Notes: a model not told the origin generated them from the letters alone. A stretch of DNA of 64,000 bases from Patescibacteria group bacterium (GCA_023379265.1 JAMCUI010000009.1:100091-164090), one strand, 5' to 3'. Numbered from the stretch's first letter, positions 1 through 8,925 are shown. Numbers and translations: made by a program.

Positions 1-752
1 TATTCCATATTTAGAGTGGATGAAAGTGATAGAACTGTGGTGGGGTAATTTGACGTGCTGCCGCTGGCTACATAAAAGCCTTTATTTTTGAGATAAGATG
101 TAAAGTCGGCATCGTCAAAGGAAAAGTATTTTGAAAGGTTGGCGGGTGCAGAATAACTGTCGGGGACAATATAGTAGACATCCGGTAGACCGGCTGGAGT
201 TTCTTTTACGTTTGGCAGTGTCAGGTGGCTTGTTTCTGTAGGATACATCCTTTGGGCCAGTTGGTAATTTACTATGCCAAAAGAAGTAAAAACTACCATA
301 AGAAGACCAATAAGAAGAAACGATTTATTCAGTGCCAACAGTTTTTTTTGTGTCCGTCTGAGAAGAATAAATATTACAATATATGTTAACGTCAATACTA
401 GGATTAATACATGATTCTTACCGATAACAGCTGGTCCCAAAATGAAAGAGAATTCCCCGAAAGCGTTCCAGATAGCACCGTATGTGAAAAAGAGAATCAT
501 AAACACAGAAGCAAAAATATCTCCTTTTCTTCTTTCCTTCATGACAAATCTGGCCGGGTAAGATAGTAGAAGAGCAAAAAGGATGCATACTCCAAGTGGA
601 ATAAATAGGCGGTTAAGAGTGAGTTCGCCTATGTTGTGAAGGAAAAGTGAGAGCACTGCAGAAGCCGCAAAAAATACAGGCGAAAAAGGAAAATAAGAAA
701 TTGCCAATCGGCACACCCTTTTTGCGTTTAGGATGGGATTTTTCAAAGTCAT
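1..752 (-). CDS. Partial (5' part only; start codon at 752..750, gene continues past the window start) multi-TM membrane protein with an extracytoplasmic alkaline-phosphatase-superfamily (LtaS/sulfatase-like) domain
   Basis: My own minus-strand translation (not in the ORF track because it runs off the window edge): MTLKNPILNAKRV... Four or five hydrophobic helices precede ...DVYYIVPDSYSAP...ASGSTSNYPTT, which resembles the start of LtaS/EptA-type sulfatase-fold domains and the paralogous motif in the 11081..12700 protein. Confidence 0.5.
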   Translation of the reverse strand, partial: MTLKNPILNAKRVCRLAISYFPFSPVFFAASAVLSLFLHNIGELTLNRLFIPLGVCILFALLLSYPARFVMKERRKGDIFASVFMILFFTYGAIWNAFGEFSFILGPAVIGKNHVLILVLTLTYIVIFILLRRTQKKLLALNKSFLLIGLLMVVFTSFGIVNYQLAQRMYPTETSHLTLPNVKETPAGLPDVYYIVPDSYSAPANLSKYFSFDDADFTSYLKNKGFYVASGSTSNYPTTVLSLSSTLNME

Positions 753-910
753 GTCGAAAAGTGAAATTTGAAAAATTTTATGATAACTCCTTGAGAAAAA
801 GCTGAAAAGAGATATTTATATTATAAAAGAAAATTTGTCTAGGGTTCTGATCAATTCCAGATTGTAAGAAGATGTAATTATACACATTTTTTGGTAAAAT
901 CCATATATAT

Positions 911-981
911 TGCGGGATCGTATAACGGTAGTACGCATCCCTCTGGAGGATGTTATCTTGGTTCGAATCCAAGTCCCGCAG
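911..981 (+). tRNA. tRNA-Gln (anticodon CUG)
   Basis: Hand-folded cloverleaf. Acceptor TGCGGGA/TCCCGCA (U1-A72), U8, D-stem GTAT/GTAC with loop AACGGTA, anticodon stem CATCC/GGATG, loop CTCTGGA (U33, anticodon CTG, purine 37), variable TTAT, T-stem CTTGG/CCAAG with loop TTCGAAT, discriminator G73. CCA is not encoded. U1-A72 and G73 are classical tRNA-Gln identity elements. Confidence 0.8.
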
Positions 982-1132
982 CAAGATTGGACACCCAGCG
1001 ACCGTAAGCTCTAAAAAAGCCCGATTCTGCTTGCTAAGTGTTATTTTATTTTAGGAAGTCTTGGACCGTACCCTTGTTATTTAGCAGTCATTTTTACCCT
1101 CGAAGATATGATCTTTAGATCGTGAATGTGGT

Positions 1133-2377
1133 TTATTTGAGAAACTGGGATGGTTTAATTGTTTTTATCCTTTGAAATAGGATGGAACTGATTATAAAAA
1201 GAATAGTGATAAAACCGGCCGAACAAAGTAACGCTAGATACCAGTTATAGGTAACAGGGATAGTACTGGAAATAACCCGATTGATATTATTTTCCATGGG
1301 GAGAAAATGAGGCTTTGCCGACAATTCCCAAGGAATTTCCATTGACACCTTCTGATGACTAAGAATCATTACTTCCACAAGTGCCAAAAGATTTCCAAAT
1401 ATCAAAGCTGATATTGTCAACACGAAGTTTTCAGCCAAGAACTGTTTTCTTAAATCGCTTATTTTCCATCCGAGCATTCGCAAAATTGCAATCTCTTTTT
1501 CTCTGGTCTTCATGATAAAAACGATGATTAAGCCGTAAGCAATTGTTAAAACGACGCCAAGGATAATAAGGGCGGTTTGCCCAAAAGAAGAAACTAATTT
1601 TATTTGATCGGTTAGGGTTTGAGAAAATGTTTTTTCACTAAAAACGAGGTAGTCTTTGCTTATACCTGTAATTGTTTTAGGAATATCCCCTTTCCATTGA
1701 GGTTTTGTTTTAAGCAGCACTACATTTACGAAGTTTTTATCCTGATCGGGAAAAAGTTTCTTCATCTCCTCTGAATTTTGGGCAATTTTCAAAGCTGATG
1801 GATAATTCATATAAATATCGGCCGGAATGATATTGCCGGTGAGGTTGGTGTTGACGATTCCGGCTATTTGATATTCGTTCTTACCTAATGCAATAGCTCC
1901 ACCAACCCGCAGAGAGTTTTTCTGGGCAAAACCCTTGGTGATCAAAACATTGTTGCCATCAAGGGTAAAGCTCCCCTCCGACACATTTGCTTTGAGAACG
2001 TTGGCAAATAAATTCCCCTTAGTCTGTACTCCAAAAACATCCTTAAAATAATCATTATCAAAATACCAAAAGTATAGGCCCGTATCGGATTCTTGTACAA
2101 AATCCAGTTTGGTAAGTCTGTCAACCTCGTTTTGATAAATGGGTCCGTTAGAGTGAGGATAAATTGCTCCGACCATCTGATCGGGAATTTTGCCGGTTTT
2201 TTGCACCACAGTATCTACTCCGATAGCTTTAAACGGTAATGAAGCGATTTGCTCAAGGTTTTGACTGATAGTTAGGGTAACTAAAAGGAGGGAAAAGTAG
2301 ATCGCGATACTACATACCAAAAGAATGGTTTTCCCGATATTCTTCTTAACCGATGAAATAAAGTAATTTAATATCAT
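1133..2377 (-). CDS. ABC transporter permease, FtsX/MacB-like (N-terminal TM, large extracytoplasmic domain, C-terminal 3-TM FtsX domain)
   Basis: 414-aa ORF. C-terminal region ...IAILRMLGWKISDLRKQFLAENFVLTISALIFGNLLALVEV... is typical of FtsX permeases. Overlaps the next permease by 4 nt, indicating an operon. Confidence 0.75.
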   Translation of the reverse strand: MILNYFISSVKKNIGKTILLVCSIAIYFSLLLVTLTISQNLEQIASLPFKAIGVDTVVQKTGKIPDQMVGAIYPHSNGPIYQNEVDRLTKLDFVQESDTGLYFWYFDNDYFKDVFGVQTKGNLFANVLKANVSEGSFTLDGNNVLITKGFAQKNSLRVGGAIALGKNEYQIAGIVNTNLTGNIIPADIYMNYPSALKIAQNSEEMKKLFPDQDKNFVNVVLLKTKPQWKGDIPKTITGISKDYLVFSEKTFSQTLTDQIKLVSSFGQTALIILGVVLTIAYGLIIVFIMKTREKEIAILRMLGWKISDLRKQFLAENFVLTISALIFGNLLALVEVMILSHQKVSMEIPWELSAKPHFLPMENNINRVISSTIPVTYNWYLALLCSAGFITILFIISSILFQRIKTIKPSQFLK

Positions 2378-3438
2378 AGTTTAATATTGTAATTAATCAT
2401 TGGTGCTGATTTAACAATTGTTGGAAGCTGCCATTGAAGAAGTAAGGTAAGAAGAGAAGCAAAAATTACGGCACTCGCAAAAATAAATAAGGTATCTATA
2501 GCTATCCATTGTCTTACTTTCATCTTTGGCCAACCTAAAATATTTAATATTTCGGTTTGATATGCGTATTCAAGATGATGAAGTCTTAATACTGAAAATG
2601 CCAAGAGTAAAGAAATCCCAATCATGATAGTACTGAAATATGTTCCAAAACGATAAAACATTTGACTGAGACCCGATAAATTTTTCAACAGGTTGTCTTT
2701 ACTGATAATCGAGAATGAAGGGTACAGCGTTGTTAATTCTTCTTTAACTTTAGGAAGGTTAGAGGAAGATTGTAGGGAAATAAAAGCTTGATTAACTAAG
2801 GCGTCCTTTTCGCCCACAAGTTTTAAGGCTGTTTGATAGGGTAAGAATCCTTGGGCATTAGCCAGATTGCTTTGCTCCTGAAAATCAACCAAGCCGATAA
2901 TTTTATAGTTATTTGTGCCAATTTGATAATCTCCTCCCATTTTGTATTTAAATAGAGTAGCGAAATGTCTTTCCAGGATTATCTCCTGTGAATCGTTATT
3001 GGAAAAAAACTTACTCCCTGGCATGAGCATGGGCTCGATATTTCTCAAACCTACTTTTGGATCGTCTACATCCAAAGCGACCAGTGTTCGATTGTTTTTA
3101 ATATCAAACTGCCATAGAACCAGGACTGTCGAAACATTTTTGACACCGGAGATTTTAGATATTTTTTCTGATGTCTGAGTTTTGGGAAACGACTCAAGGT
3201 TAAAAGGCACGATAACTCCGCTCGTCTTTACGTTCTGAGGGTTTTTATTGGCACTGTCCTTTTGGAGGATTATTTCCGTCTGTAGTGACTTAAGCGGGCT
3301 GTCGACAAGACCTTTAATGTAGTTGGTAAAAATAGTCGAGCTTATACCCAAAAAAAGGATTACTCCAGCCAAACAAACCGTTATGACAGTTTTTCTCCAA
3401 TAATAGAAGATATTTTTTAAGACAATTCGTATCATCAT
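2374..3438 (-). CDS. ABC transporter permease, FtsX/MacB-like (second permease of the pair)
   Basis: 354 aa with the same architecture. ...ILNILGWPKMKVRQWIAIDTLFIFASAVIFASLL... FtsX domain. Tightly packed with neighbours. Confidence 0.7.
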   Translation of the reverse strand: MMIRIVLKNIFYYWRKTVITVCLAGVILFLGISSTIFTNYIKGLVDSPLKSLQTEIILQKDSANKNPQNVKTSGVIVPFNLESFPKTQTSEKISKISGVKNVSTVLVLWQFDIKNNRTLVALDVDDPKVGLRNIEPMLMPGSKFFSNNDSQEIILERHFATLFKYKMGGDYQIGTNNYKIIGLVDFQEQSNLANAQGFLPYQTALKLVGEKDALVNQAFISLQSSSNLPKVKEELTTLYPSFSIISKDNLLKNLSGLSQMFYRFGTYFSTIMIGISLLLAFSVLRLHHLEYAYQTEILNILGWPKMKVRQWIAIDTLFIFASAVIFASLLTLLLQWQLPTIVKSAPMINYNIKL

Positions 3439-3443
3439 GCATG

Positions 3444-3890
3444 TTAATTGAGAGATTTTAGTATCTCTCTCAAATCTTCATAACTCCAACCACCTTCAAA
3501 AGACGGAGCAAAGGCGTCACCTTCGGGAAAGTTCTTCAGCTCAACTGATTTACCATCTACAGTAAACGTATCTTTGCCACCGATGAAAATAACAATCGGC
3601 ATATGTTCGGTGAGATTGTATTTGTCAATTACGCTTTTGGCTTGAGGATCATCAAAACTGAATTCTTTTACCGTAAATTTCGGAAATTCTGTAATGATTG
3701 GCTCAACCTTTCTGACAATCGCTACTGCCGGAGGATGAGGAAGATAGAAAATTTCGATAGTTTGAGGAGTCATCTGATACGAAGTATTACTGCTTACAGA
3801 TTGATTCTTTTGTTTAAAGACAAACAAGTAAGAAGCCGCTCCAATGATAAGAATCAACACCAAAACAATACCTAAAATTCTTTTACTCAT
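3444..3890 (-). CDS. Small membrane-anchored extracytoplasmic protein of unknown function (ABC operon accessory component)
   Basis: 148 aa with an N-terminal TM helix (ILGIVLVLILIIGAASYLFV) and a soluble domain. Overlaps the ATPase gene by 8 nt. Confidence 0.4.
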   Translation of the reverse strand: MSKRILGIVLVLILIIGAASYLFVFKQKNQSVSSNTSYQMTPQTIEIFYLPHPPAVAIVRKVEPIITEFPKFTVKEFSFDDPQAKSVIDKYNLTEHMPIVIFIGGKDTFTVDGKSVELKNFPEGDAFAPSFEGGWSYEDLREILKSLN

Positions 3891-4560
3891 TTTTATCTCC
3901 TTTCATTTGAGATAACATTCCTTTTGACAACTGGTAAACCTTTTGAGTTTTTTTGGCGATATCTTTTTCGTGGGTCACAACAATGAAAGTAGTGGAATAT
4001 TTCTTATGCAGACTTTCAAATAAACTCATTATTTTATCCGAAGTAGCTTCATCAAGGTTGCCAGTTGGTTCATCAGCTAAAACTAGTTTCGGTCGGTTGA
4101 CTAAGCTTCGAGCAATTGCTACTCGTTGTTTTTCTCCGCCACTCAGGTTATCTACGCACTTGTTTTCTTTTCCCGAAAGCCCTACTTGATCAATTAGATC
4201 TAGAATTCGTTTGTTCTTCTCGTCCTTGTCAATGTCTTTGCGAGGATAAATAGCTAAATAAATATTGTCATAAACAGATAATGAGGGGATGAGTTTAAAG
4301 TCCTGGAAGACAATACCTATATTTTTGAGACGAAACTCAGCTAGTTGTTCTTCAGAGTAGTGAGTTATATCTGAGTTGGAAAAGACAACCTTGCCACTAT
4401 CAGAAGAAACTAAACCCGCCATGATAGATAAAAGAGTTGTTTTACCTACTCCAGATTTACCGATAATGCTGACGAATTCTTTCTCTTCCAGATCAAAGCT
4501 GATTTGTTCTAAGACTTCTTGGTTGCCATAAGTTTTTGAGATCTGCTTTAAAGTCAACAT
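3883..4560 (-). CDS. ABC transporter ATP-binding protein (MacB/LolD/FtsE type)
   Basis: Walker [10 protein letters not shown], signature [15 protein letters not shown], Walker [14 protein letters not shown]-loop VVTHE. Confidence 0.9.
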   Translation of the reverse strand: MLTLKQISKTYGNQEVLEQISFDLEEKEFVSIIGKSGVGKTTLLSIMAGLVSSDSGKVVFSNSDITHYSEEQLAEFRLKNIGIVFQDFKLIPSLSVYDNIYLAIYPRKDIDKDEKNKRILDLIDQVGLSGKENKCVDNLSGGEKQRVAIARSLVNRPKLVLADEPTGNLDEATSDKIMSLFESLHKKYSTTFIVVTHEKDIAKKTQKVYQLSKGMLSQMKGDKNE

Positions 4561-4562
4561 AG

Positions 4563-4841
4563 TTATTTTTTATAAAGATTAATAACTTGGGACAATTTTT
4601 CCTTTTGTTCTTTGGAAAGCCCTTCTCCACCATTTAATATTTGATGGACGATACTGCCTTCCAAAGTTTTGCTTCTTAAAGCATCGAATGATTTGGCAAT
4701 TGAGGTAACTAACATAGCAATTCCCATGCAATCGGCATCATCTGCTATATATCTTTTAAGTGTTTCAATCTGACCTTGTATGCGGTTAAGGTGATCTAAA
4801 GTCCGTTCCCGTCTGTTTTTAATTTTCGTATTAATTTTCAT
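4563..4841 (-). CDS. Metal/stress-sensing transcriptional repressor of the CsoR/RcnR/FrmR family (DUF156)
   Basis: 92 aa. LNRIQGQIETLKRYI...DCMGIAMLVTSIAKSFDALRSKTLEGSIVHQIL matches the RIEGQ...C...A..AL...H core of the family. Cys and His are at the expected positions, but Asn replaces the second Cys of CsoR. First gene of the ABC operon. Confidence 0.6.
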   Translation of the reverse strand: MKINTKIKNRRERTLDHLNRIQGQIETLKRYIADDADCMGIAMLVTSIAKSFDALRSKTLEGSIVHQILNGGEGLSKEQKEKLSQVINLYKK

Positions 4842-4844
4842 ATG

Positions 4845-4868
4845 TATATACCCCCACCCCTATATAAT
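4845..4868 (-). promoter_or_regulatory. Candidate operator/promoter element: TATATA-CCCCCACCCC-TATATAAT immediately upstream of the CsoR-family gene
   Basis: A 10-nt C-tract (G-tract on the coding strand) flanked by TATA-rich hexamers, 4-27 nt upstream of the start codon. Resembles GC-core/AT-flank CsoR operators. See the finding for this site. Confidence 0.3.
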
Positions 4869-4939
4869 ATACTCTTTTTTCTGAGTAAATGCTGAAACGA
4901 GTAAAGGAGGCAAATTCGCTTGCTTAAATTTGTTACAAT

Positions 4940-5278
4940 ATGGATAGTCAAACTATGAAACTTGCCATTATTCTTTCAACTAACAACGCAGAAAAAAACT
5001 GGAACGCATTTAGACTAGGCAACTTAGCTTTAAAAAGTGGTGATAACGTAAGCGTATTCCTTATCGGTGAGGGTGTTGAATACTTACAATTTACTAGTGA
5101 CAAATTTGACATCCAAAAACAGGTTGATGCATTTCTTAAATCAAGAAATGGAGAAATTTTAGCCTGTGAGACGTGTATGGATCTTCGGCATCAAGAAGGT
5201 AATAAAACCTGTCCGGTAAGCGGAATGAAAGAACTGTATAATTTGATAAAAGAGAGTGATAAGGTAGTTACTTTTTAA
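4940..5278 (+). CDS. DsrE/DsrF-like family small protein (sulfur-relay/peroxiredoxin-like fold)
   Basis: 112 aa. KLAIILSTNNAEKNWNAFRLGNLALKSGDNVSVFLIGEGV... with conserved Cys residues (ACETCMD, KTCP). Confidence 0.45.
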   Translation: MDSQTMKLAIILSTNNAEKNWNAFRLGNLALKSGDNVSVFLIGEGVEYLQFTSDKFDIQKQVDAFLKSRNGEILACETCMDLRHQEGNKTCPVSGMKELYNLIKESDKVVTF

Positions 5279-5282
5279 TCGT

Positions 5283-5978
5283 ATGAAAAAGCTACTGTTT
5301 GGCCTAAGCACATTATTGATCTTAGGGATTGTCTTTTCTTCTTCTGTATCAGCCCAAGGGATGATGAACTGGGGTAATACTTCCAGCGCAACTCCCTCCT
5401 CAGTGACTTCAACTGCTCAGGATGAAAGTAAAGGAAGACAACTATGGGATCAACTGCAAGCAAAACAAGTGACTTGTGAGAGTTTAAAAGATGACGATTT
5501 TGAAGTATTAGGTGAATACTTTATGGGTCAGTCTGTCGGTAATACGGAAAGACATGCCGTTATGAACCAAATGATGCAGAATATGATGGGTCAAAACGGA
5601 GAAGAGCAAATGCACATATCGCTTGGTAAAAGATCAAGTAGTTGTGATACCAATGTTTCGTTTCCTTCAGGATACGGATTACCTATGATGTGGTGGATGA
5701 TGGGAGGAGGTGGAAATCCTATGATGGGATATGGCGGCTGGAATAACTGGGGTAATATGATGGGTTGGGGAGGTTTTGGCTTCGGCTGGATATTTATGAT
5801 TATCTTTTGGACTCTTATTATTCTAGGTGTCGTTGCTTTAGTCCGATACTTAGGAGGTACCAGACAAAACAATACAATAGATAGAGCTAATCCGCCTTTG
5901 GACATTCTCAAAGAGCGTTATGCCAAAGGAGAAATCAACAAGAAAGAGTTTGAGGAAATGAAAAAGGACTTGAGATAG
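5283..5978 (+). CDS. Secreted/membrane protein with Met/Gly/Trp-rich low-complexity region, one TM helix and C-terminal SHOCT domain
   Basis: Signal peptide MKKLLFGLSTLLILGIVFSSSVSAQG. Met-rich stretches MNQMMQNMMGQNGEEQMH and MMWWMMGGGGNPMMGYGGWNNWGNMMGWGG. TM helix IFMIIFWTLIILGVVALV. C-terminus DILKERYAKGEINKKEFEEMKKDL is SHOCT-like. Confidence 0.55.
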   Translation: MKKLLFGLSTLLILGIVFSSSVSAQGMMNWGNTSSATPSSVTSTAQDESKGRQLWDQLQAKQVTCESLKDDDFEVLGEYFMGQSVGNTERHAVMNQMMQNMMGQNGEEQMHISLGKRSSSCDTNVSFPSGYGLPMMWWMMGGGGNPMMGYGGWNNWGNMMGWGGFGFGWIFMIIFWTLIILGVVALVRYLGGTRQNNTIDRANPPLDILKERYAKGEINKKEFEEMKKDLR

Positions 5979-5995
5979 GGTAAACTTGAAAAGAA

Positions 5996-6568
5996 ATGAA
6001 AACCAGAGAAAGCGGTATGCCAGATGAAAAGATGTGGGATACTTTTTTTGATCCGGATACCATTTTGGATAGTTTAGGCATAAAAAATCTCACAGGAAAT
6101 ATAGCTGATTTTGGTTGCGGATACGGAACATTTACTATTCCGGCAGCAAAAAGAACAAAAGGTAAGGTATATGCACTTGATATTGAAAAAGAGATGGTAC
6201 AAATAACACAGGAGAAGGCAAAGCAATCAGGTTTAAATAATGTAGTAGCAATTCAAAAGGATTTTATGACCGGTGGTACAGGACTCGCCGACTCATCCTG
6301 TGACATAGTTTTGCTTTTTAATATTCTTCATGCAGAAAATCCGTTAAATATATTGGTTGAATCAAAAAGAATTCTCACTTCAGGAGGAGCAGTAGCTATA
6401 ATTCACTGGATTCCTGATCCTACAACTCCCCGCGGACCACCGATGAGCATTCGTCCGCATCCTGAAGAAATTCAAAATTGGTTGAAAGAAGCAGGTTATA
6501 AATTAAAAAACACGATAATTCCACTTCCTCCATATCATTATGGTTTATTGGGGAAAAAGACTGATTAA
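5996..6568 (+). CDS. Class I SAM-dependent methyltransferase
   Basis: Motif I DFGCGYGTFTIPAA, acidic motif II VYALDIEKEM, post-I region. Confidence 0.75.
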   Translation: MKTRESGMPDEKMWDTFFDPDTILDSLGIKNLTGNIADFGCGYGTFTIPAAKRTKGKVYALDIEKEMVQITQEKAKQSGLNNVVAIQKDFMTGGTGLADSSCDIVLLFNILHAENPLNILVESKRILTSGGAVAIIHWIPDPTTPRGPPMSIRPHPEEIQNWLKEAGYKLKNTIIPLPPYHYGLLGKKTD

Positions 6569-6634
6569 GTGATAGAATAAGTAACTTTTTAATAGTCGTA
6601 TTGAAATAAACTAGGTTATCTCATTTAAATTTCC

Positions 6635-7246
6635 ATGCCAGAAAAACTTCATAAAAAAGCACTGTTGCTTTCTTATTTTACCGTTGTTTATAACATTATA
6701 GAGGGAATCCTCTCCATATTTGTTGGAGCAAGTACAGGGAGCATTTCCCTGGTTGGATTTGGTCTGGACAGTTTCATAGAAAGTCTATCGGGCAGTATCT
6801 TAATATGGAGATTTACTAAAAGCAGTCATATATCAAACAGTCACACTGATGAAACTGAACAAAAAGCCATACGGCTTATCTCATATACCTTTTTTATCCT
6901 AGGAGGGTATGTTTTATATGAGTCTATTACCAAACTCCTTAGACAGGAATCTCCAACACAAAGCGTCTTTGGCATAATTATTGCTGTCGTTTCAATCATG
7001 GTAATGATTGGTCTATATAAAAATAAAATCAACTTTGGCATGAAAAATCATATTAGAAGTATAGTTGCTGATTCCAGGCAAACTCTTGCTTGCATATGGA
7101 TGTCAATCACAATGCTTTTCGGTCTTGGTCTTCATTATATGTTTGGAATTTGGTGGAGTGATGCTGTTGCAGGAATAGTAATCTCGATGTTTCTGTTTAA
7201 GGAAGGATATAATACTTATCGAGAAAAGAAGTTATGCAGTTGTTGA
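6635..7246 (+). CDS. Cation-diffusion-facilitator-like membrane protein (transmembrane domain only)
   Basis: 203 aa with about 6 TM segments. N-terminus KKALLLSYFTVVYNIIEGILSIFVGASTGSISLVGFGLDSFIESLSGS resembles CDF TM1-TM2. No cytoplasmic C-terminal domain. Tentative call. Confidence 0.4.
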   Translation: MPEKLHKKALLLSYFTVVYNIIEGILSIFVGASTGSISLVGFGLDSFIESLSGSILIWRFTKSSHISNSHTDETEQKAIRLISYTFFILGGYVLYESITKLLRQESPTQSVFGIIIAVVSIMVMIGLYKNKINFGMKNHIRSIVADSRQTLACIWMSITMLFGLGLHYMFGIWWSDAVAGIVISMFLFKEGYNTYREKKLCSC

Positions 7247-7626
7247 TGATGATTATGCTGGATATGATATTCTTTCTTACGCTGACGATGGACTAGTTCA
7301 AACTATATCAGCTGTAAATGAAACATTCCTTTTTTAAGGTGTCTCATTTGTCTCATTTAGCCTCAGGTATGATACACTATAAGGATAGAAGTTATAACGA
7401 TTGTAAGGGTCTTGACCGGCACGCTCAGCCATTCGACTCACTTTATTCGCTCATGGCTATAGCCAGTGAGTTGAATGTCATGAGTGAGCACAGCGAATTG
7501 AAGGGTTCTGACTGTCTCGCTCAGCCAAATTGGGCGCAGAAGAAATACAACTATTTTACTTTGTTCACTCGCTGTTATAATTGCCACATTAGATATTCAA
7601 AATCTCAATCCTTAGAATCGTTTTTA

Positions 7627-8925
7627 TCAATTAATTCCAGATAAGTTAAGCTTTATATACCCACTGGGAATTGTTTTCCAACGTACTACATCTTTTATAT
7701 TTGTTAATGTCACTGATCCAAATACAGCAGCAATAACAGCGGCAATTCCTCCGATTCCCAATCCCCATCTAGGTCCAATATGTTGGCCGATCCAACCAAT
7801 CAAAGGTCCTCCGATAGAGGTTGACCCCAAAAAGGCCATAGTCCAGTATGCCATTATTCTGCCCCTCATCTCAGGAATGCACTCCAATTGTAAAATCGTA
7901 TTTCCCAGTGATTGGAACGAAATATAGAAAAATCCTACAAACAGGATGGCAACAATTGTAAGAGTAACCGTGGGCATCATTGCAGAAATGAGAGTGGATA
8001 TTCCGAAGAACAGTGCTGATATTACCATCATCCAACTTTCCATCCGTCTTTGACCAGCCAAATATATTCCTCCAATTATTGCTCCTATCCCTTGTGCTGC
8101 AGTCAGCGAGGCATAAGTGCTTGCACTTCCGTGAAATGTAAAGTCGACAATTAACGGGAGACTAACCTGGAACTCATAGGTGAGCGTTCCAATAATTGCC
8201 ATCATGATAATCGAATTGCGTATAATAGGATTTGCTATTATATATCGCATTCCATCAAATAACTGGTTTTTTACTTCTCTGGCTGATTTTGCCGCTTGAA
8301 CAAAGTATACTTTCTCAACCTTAATAAATATAAGTGCCAACAGTATTCCTGTATAGGAAAATGCATTTACAATAAAGCACACACCTATGCCTTTTGTCGC
8401 TATCAAGATTCCAGCAAGGGCAGGACCTACGACACGTGATATGTTGACTAGAATACTAAATAACGATAGGGCGTTTTTAAGTTTTTCCTTTCCAACCATT
8501 TCACCTACAAACACTTGTCTGGTAGGGTTATCGATCATATTCACCACCCCATATGAGAAAGCAAGTACGGCAACTATCCACACTTTGACTGATCCGGTTA
8601 AAACTAAATATCCTAATAGTAACGACTGGAGTGCGAAAATTGACTGTGTTATAAAGATCAGTTTACGCTTGTCATAGCGATCTGAAATCAATCCTCCAAA
8701 GGGAGCAAAAAGAAGTATTGGTACAAACTGCATGGCTGTCGTTATTCCCAAAGCAATGCCTGAATGGGTCAGCTTCAGTATCAACCATGCTTGAGCAACA
8801 GTTTGCATGTATGTTCCGGGAGTGGATATCAGTTGCCCCAAATAATATAAACGGTAATTTCTATTTGAGAGCGAAGTCAAAAACCATCGGAAATATCCTC
8901 TGAATGGAATCATTACTTTGTACAT
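7627..8925 (-). CDS. MFS transporter, MFS_3/EntS-like family (12 TM)
   Basis: 432 aa. ...YMQTVAQAWLILKLTHSG...GGLISDRYDKRKL... About 60% identical paralog of 18796..20076. Confidence 0.8.
   Translation of the reverse strand: MYKVMIPFRGYFRWFLTSLSNRNYRLYYLGQLISTPGTYMQTVAQAWLILKLTHSGIALGITTAMQFVPILLFAPFGGLISDRYDKRKLIFITQSIFALQSLLLGYLVLTGSVKVWIVAVLAFSYGVVNMIDNPTRQVFVGEMVGKEKLKNALSLFSILVNISRVVGPALAGILIATKGIGVCFIVNAFSYTGILLALIFIKVEKVYFVQAAKSAREVKNQLFDGMRYIIANPIIRNSIIMMAIIGTLTYEFQVSLPLIVDFTFHGSASTYASLTAAQGIGAIIGGIYLAGQRRMESWMMVISALFFGISTLISAMMPTVTLTIVAILFVGFFYISFQSLGNTILQLECIPEMRGRIMAYWTMAFLGSTSIGGPLIGWIGQHIGPRWGLGIGGIAAVIAAVFGSVTLTNIKDVVRWKTIPSGYIKLNLSGIN

Noticed and set aside
778-984. 68-aa minus-strand ORF
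   Set aside because: It overlaps the hand-folded tRNA-Gln (911-981) on the opposite strand, and it is AT-rich low-complexity sequence. Spurious.
1942-4189. Short ORFs (1942..2124, 2942..3178, 3603..3875, 3953..4189) inside or antisense to the ABC permease and ATPase genes
   Set aside because: They are nested in or antisense to genes with clear family motifs. No independent support.
5275-5911. ORFs 5275..5463 (-) and 5591..5911 (-) antisense to the Met-rich protein gene
   Set aside because: The antisense frame of a Gly/Met/Trp-rich gene yields a Pro-rich artefact (PPPPIIHHII...). The plus-strand gene has a signal peptide, TM helix and SHOCT motif.
7318-7644. 108-aa ORF in the GC-rich island
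   Set aside because: It has no RBS, odd composition and overlaps the MFS gene terminus. Kept as a possible ncRNA or remnant region in the findings, not as a CDS.
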